Shown in pieces: positions 59,924 through 64,000 of a stretch of 64,000 bases of DNA. This stretch comes from Thermoanaerobaculia bacterium (GTDB lineage Bacteria; Acidobacteriota; Thermoanaerobaculia; UBA5066), in contig CAVRAY010000001.1 of NCBI GenBank assembly GCA_963719225.1, positions 2,496,001-2,560,000 of the forward strand, in the 5' to 3' direction. Below the pieces are notes generated by a model. The model was not told the origin of the DNA, did no database searches, and saw only the letters and a program-made list of their open reading frames with translations. Both the position numbers and the translations under genes were made by a program. The stretch's first letter is position 1. Every line of letters starts with the position of its first letter.

Positions 59924-61825
59924 ATGTCGAGCGTTCTCACCGAGACCACGTCCCGCGGCGGCGCGTCCGAAGAGGTCGTGGCCAACGACTTCTCGCTCCA
60001 GGTCGCCACGGCCAACGGGTCGGGCTCGCAGACGGCGAACACCGTCCTGATGCGGTCCATCTTCCGCATGGGCGTCCCCGTCTCCGGGAAGAACCTCTTC
60101 CCCTCGAACATCCAGGGACTCCCCACCTGGTTCACGATCCGGGCGAACAAGGACGGCTACATCGCGCGCAAGCGCGATCTCGACGTGCTCGTCTGCATGA
60201 ACCCCGAGACGGCGGAAGAGGACGTGCGCGACGTGCGTTCGGGCGCCTACGTCGTCTACGAGAAGAAGCTCGGGCTCGAGAACCCCGGAAAGAGGCGCGA
60301 CGACGTCACGTACTACGCGGTCCCGTTCTCGGAGCTCGTCGTCAAGATCACCTCCGCGCCCGAGCACGCGAAGCTCCGCAAGCTCATCGTGAACATGATC
60401 TACGTGGGCGTCGTGGCCGATCTCATGGGGATCGACCCCGCGGAGATCGACAAGGCCATCGCGAAGCAGCTCAAGGGCAAGCCGAAGGCCGTGGACCTCA
60501 ACGTGAACGCCGTCAAGGTGGGGCTCGAGTACGCCGCGCAAAGCTTCCCGGCCAAGATCCCGTTCCGCGTCGAGCGCATGAACGCGACGGAAGGCAAAGT
60601 CATCGTCGAGGGCAACACGGCTTCCGCGCTCGGCTGCGTCTTCGGTGGCGCCACCGTTTGCGCGTGGTACCCCATCACGCCGTCGTCGTCCCTCTGCGAG
60701 TCCTTCATCGACTTCGCGGACCACCTGCGCGTCGATCCCGTCACGAAGAAGAAGAACGTGGCCGTCATCCAGGCCGAGGACGAGATCGCCTCGATCGGGA
60801 TGGTGCTCGGCGCCGGCTGGGCGGGCGCGCGGTCGTTCACGTCCACGTCCGGTCCTGGCATCTCGCTCATGTCGGAGTACATCGGGCTCGGCTACTACGC
60901 CGAGATCCCCGCGGTCATCTTCGACATTCAGCGCACCGGCCCTTCCACCGGCCTCCCGACGCGCACGATGCAGGGGGACATTCTCCTCTGCTACTTCAGC
61001 TCGCACGGCGACTCGAAGCACCCGCTGCTCTTCCCCGCGTCGCCCGAAGAGTGCTTCACGATGGCCCAGCAGGCTTTCGACCTCGCCGAGCAGCTCCAGA
61101 CGCCCGTGTTCGTCATGTCGGACCTCGACCTCGGAATGAACAACTGGATGGCGGACCCGTTCCCGTATCCGACGGAGCCCTTCCGCCGCGGCAAGGTGCT
61201 CGACGCTGCCGGCATCGAGAAGGTGAAGGAGTCCTGGGGACGGTACAAGGACGTGGACGGCGACGGCATCCCCTACCGGACCCTCCCCGGCACCCCGAGC
61301 GCGTACGCCGCGTACTTCACGCGAGGCTCCGGACACGACGAAAGGGCTCAGTACTCGGAGAAGCCGCAGGACTACGTCAACAACGTGAACCGCCTCCTGA
61401 AGAAGTTCGAGACGGCGCGCACGATGGTGCCGAAGCCCGAGTTTCAGGAGCGCCCGGGCGCGCGCGCGGGTCTCCTCGCCTACGGCACGTCGCACTACGG
61501 CACGACCGAGGCGCGCGACAAGCTCGCGTCGGACTTCGGCATCCCGCTCGACTACTGCCGCCTCCGGTCCCTGCCGCTCGCGGCCGAGACGGTGAACTGG
61601 CTCAGGCTCCACGACCGGATCTACGTCGTGGAGCAGAACCGCGACGGGCAGCTCGTCACGATCCTCCGGGACGAGCTCCCCGAGCTCGCGACGCGTTTCG
61701 TCTCCATCCGGCAATACAACGGGCTTCCCCTCGACGCGACGACGGTGGTCGACGGAGTCCTGAACGACGCTCCCGCGTCCCGGTCCGGGCGCTCGGACGC
61801 GAACAAGGGAGGGCTCGACGCATGA
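59924..61825 (+). CDS. korA: 2-oxoacid:ferredoxin oxidoreductase alpha subunit
   Basis: YPITPSS, QAEDEIA, TSGPG, QRTGPSTGLPT. Confidence 0.93.
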   Translation: MSSVLTETTSRGGASEEVVANDFSLQVATANGSGSQTANTVLMRSIFRMGVPVSGKNLFPSNIQGLPTWFTIRANKDGYIARKRDLDVLVCMNPETAEEDVRDVRSGAYVVYEKKLGLENPGKRRDDVTYYAVPFSELVVKITSAPEHAKLRKLIVNMIYVGVVADLMGIDPAEIDKAIAKQLKGKPKAVDLNVNAVKVGLEYAAQSFPAKIPFRVERMNATEGKVIVEGNTASALGCVFGGATVCAWYPITPSSSLCESFIDFADHLRVDPVTKKKNVAVIQAEDEIASIGMVLGAGWAGARSFTSTSGPGISLMSEYIGLGYYAEIPAVIFDIQRTGPSTGLPTRTMQGDILLCYFSSHGDSKHPLLFPASPEECFTMAQQAFDLAEQLQTPVFVMSDLDLGMNNWMADPFPYPTEPFRRGKVLDAAGIEKVKESWGRYKDVDGDGIPYRTLPGTPSAYAAYFTRGSGHDERAQYSEKPQDYVNNVNRLLKKFETARTMVPKPEFQERPGARAGLLAYGTSHYGTTEARDKLASDFGIPLDYCRLRSLPLAAETVNWLRLHDRIYVVEQNRDGQLVTILRDELPELATRFVSIRQYNGLPLDATTVVDGVLNDAPASRSGRSDANKGGLDA

Positions 61826-62877
61826 GCGCCACACCGAACGCCCCGGCCGCCTCGCCGGCCCCGAAGACGAACCGCCTCGGCCTTCCGAAGGCCGACTACG
61901 AGGGCGCGAAGTCGACGCTCTGCCTCGGCTGCGGCCACGACGTCATCACGAAGCAGATCATCAACGCGTTCTACGCGATGGGGGTCGAGCCGCACAAGGT
62001 CGCGAAGTTCTCGGGAATCGGGTGCTCCTCGAAGACGCCGGCCTACTTCCTGAATCGCGCGTGGGGCTTCAACGGCGTGCACGGCCGCATGCCTTCCGCC
62101 GCCACGGGCGCGCTCGTCGCGGATCCGACGCTCCACGGCATCGGCATCTCGGGTGACGGCGACACGGCCTCGATCGGGATCGGCCAGTTCGTCCACCTCG
62201 TGAGGCGCAACCTGCCGCTCGTCTACATCATCGAGGACAACGGCGTCTACGGCCTGACGAAGGGCCAGTTCTCCGCGACGGCGGACCTCGGCGCGAAGCA
62301 GAAGGGCGGCGCGATCAACGACTTCATCCCGATCGACTGCTGCTCGCTCGCGATCGAGCTGGGCGGCACGTTCGTGGCGCGCTCGTTCTCGGGCGACATG
62401 AAGCAGCTCCAGACGATCCTCGAGGCCGCGATCGCCCACAAGGGCACCTCGGTCATCGACGTCATCTCGCCGTGCGTGACCTTCAACGACCACGAGGGTT
62501 CCACCAAGAGCTACAAGTACTCCAAGGAGCACGAGACGCCCGTCCACGAGATCGGCTTCGTGCCGTTCTTCGAGGAGACGCTCGCGGAAATTCCGGCCGG
62601 CGACACGAAGGACGTGGCGTTCCCCGACGGCAGCCGGCTCAGGTTCCGGGGGGTCGGCCGCGACTACGACCCCACCGACAAGGAACAGGCGCTCAAGGCG
62701 ATCCACGAGAGCCACGCCAAAGAGGAGATCCTGACCGGGATCCTCTACGTCGACCCGTCCAAGAAAGACCTCGCGGCGCTCCTCGGATCCACGGGCGAGC
62801 CCCTCACGAACCTGCCGCTCGACGCGCTCCGGCCGTCCCGCCAGGCGCTGGACGAGATCATGGAGTCGCTCCGTTAG
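61822..62877 (+). CDS. korB: 2-oxoacid:ferredoxin oxidoreductase beta subunit
   Basis: CLGCGH, SGIGCSS, HGR, GDGD...N TPP motif, YGLTKGQ. Confidence 0.93.
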   Translation: MSATPNAPAASPAPKTNRLGLPKADYEGAKSTLCLGCGHDVITKQIINAFYAMGVEPHKVAKFSGIGCSSKTPAYFLNRAWGFNGVHGRMPSAATGALVADPTLHGIGISGDGDTASIGIGQFVHLVRRNLPLVYIIEDNGVYGLTKGQFSATADLGAKQKGGAINDFIPIDCCSLAIELGGTFVARSFSGDMKQLQTILEAAIAHKGTSVIDVISPCVTFNDHEGSTKSYKYSKEHETPVHEIGFVPFFEETLAEIPAGDTKDVAFPDGSRLRFRGVGRDYDPTDKEQALKAIHESHAKEEILTGILYVDPSKKDLAALLGSTGEPLTNLPLDALRPSRQALDEIMESLR

Positions 62878-62897
62878 GAAGCCCCGGGATCGACACT

Positions 62898-64000
62898 CTA
62901 TTTCTTTTCTCCCTTCTCGTTCTTCTTGTCGTCCTTGTCCTTCTTCTCCTTCTCGGGTCCTTGACCCTTGAGAGGATCGGGCCCCGAGGGCGCCACGCGG
63001 CGCGGAGCCCGGCTGAGTTCCCGGCCTTCGGGCTGGGGTGCCCGCTCGGGCTGAGGCGCCGGACGCTGCTCGACCTGAGGCGGGCGGGCCTGTTCGACGG
63101 CTCGCGGTGCCGGGCGAACCTGCTCGACCTGAGGCGGGCGGGCCTGTTCGGCCCTTCTTGGCGCGGCCTCCGCTGCGGGGGTCGGGCGGGCCGGAGGGGA
63201 AATCACGACCGGCCGGCCGGGCTCGTTCTCCAGCCTGCGTCCGGGAGGAACCTGTTGGGCGGCCGGCGTCGGCTGCGGGGGCGGCGTCGGCCTCGAGATC
63301 GCCGTCGTCACGGCGCCCGGCGCCACGCGCATCGGGGGCACGTTCTCGCGAGAGCCGGACGGGTGCGAAATGAGGGGTGTCTGCGGGGATGCGAGCGTTC
63401 GGCCGGTGGACCGAATGGGATCGGGCGGCGGCGCGCCGACCGCTTCCCGCCGCGGCGAGAGCTCCACGTGCCCGCTCTCGCGGGAGACCGGACGAATCGG
63501 GACCGCCGCGCGCGCGCCCTGTGGCGACTGCGTGGCAAGCGTGGCCGAAGCGGAGGGAGTCATGGGGGCGCCGCGGTTCGCGCGAATCGCATTGAGCTTC
63601 TCGGTAAAAACGGCAGGCGCCGGGGGCGGCGCGAGGCGCACGGCGACAGGCCGCTCCGCCACGCGTTGCTGCGGCCTGGCACCGGCACGGTCCGCCATCG
63701 GCCGGATCGACTGGACCGTCGGAAGAACCGGGAGCGGCCCGGCCAGCACCGGCTGCTGTGCGATCTGTCGAACCACTCTGGCGTCACGCACGATGGCCGC
63801 ACGCGCGGGTTGCGCGCCCACGAAGGCCTCGCGGCTCACCACCGTGATGTACGGCCGGTTCGCGTAGGTCACGTTCCGGGCCACCGGGATCGGCGCCTGC
63901 ACTCGCGCCCGCGCTCCCCACCACGGGACGAGGGGATCGCGAGGTCCGAGCGGGAACCAGCCGACGAAGCCTCCGCCGCCGACGGTGAGCGACGCCGACC
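62898..64000 (-). CDS. DUF6600-like protein, C-terminal Pro/Arg-rich part (5' end outside the window)
   Basis: VGWFPLGPRDPLVPWW motif at the window edge followed by a long low-complexity tail. Confidence 0.65.
   Translation of the reverse strand, partial: SASLTVGGGGFVGWFPLGPRDPLVPWWGARARVQAPIPVARNVTYANRPYITVVSREAFVGAQPARAAIVRDARVVRQIAQQPVLAGPLPVLPTVQSIRPMADRAGARPQQRVAERPVAVRLAPPPAPAVFTEKLNAIRANRGAPMTPSASATLATQSPQGARAAVPIRPVSRESGHVELSPRREAVGAPPPDPIRSTGRTLASPQTPLISHPSGSRENVPPMRVAPGAVTTAISRPTPPPQPTPAAQQVPPGRRLENEPGRPVVISPPARPTPAAEAAPRRAEQARPPQVEQVRPAPRAVEQARPPQVEQRPAPQPERAPQPEGRELSRAPRRVAPSGPDPLKGQGPEKEKKDKDDKKNEKGEKK

Noticed and set aside
63068-63150. Duplicated EQARPPQVEQ segment
   Set aside because: Ordinary low-complexity repeat in a disordered Pro-rich tail.

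Overview
High-GC bacterial chromosomal window. The gene repertoire (receptor Ser/Thr kinase fused to a TolB-like propeller, acidobacterial VWA protein, a C-terminal 'PCRVLDTR...LDVSGYF' domain, DUF6600-like protein) suggests Acidobacteriota; this is an inference. The first ~15 kb is more accessory: a triplicated, frameshifted Vgb-like propeller gene next to tRNA-Leu(CAA), a split MgtE-N/NRAMP-type Mg2+ transporter pair, an intact IS5-family element, and an RRE-fused SagB/ThcOx dehydrogenase with an adjacent 81-aa candidate precursor but no YcaO. The rest is mostly housekeeping: tsaE, nnr, tonB-exbB-exbD2, hppA, hemW, ribE/ribD, ftsY, aroB, aspS, hisS, recN, pepA, purC, radA, mlaDFE, alr, dnaB, pyk, folE, korAB. 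Main unexplained signals: (1) an AT-rich near-palindromic motif CCTTCTAAGAA(A/T)ATC recurring in clusters inside conserved genes, in different frames and on both strands, around an intergenic gap with a DnaA box and an IHF site; (2) the YcaO-less candidate RiPP locus; (3) frequent leaderless promoter architecture; (4) a nucleotidyltransferase TA-like pair and an orphan lower-GC gene. Start codons were adjusted by eye from the ORF track. No database searches were run.
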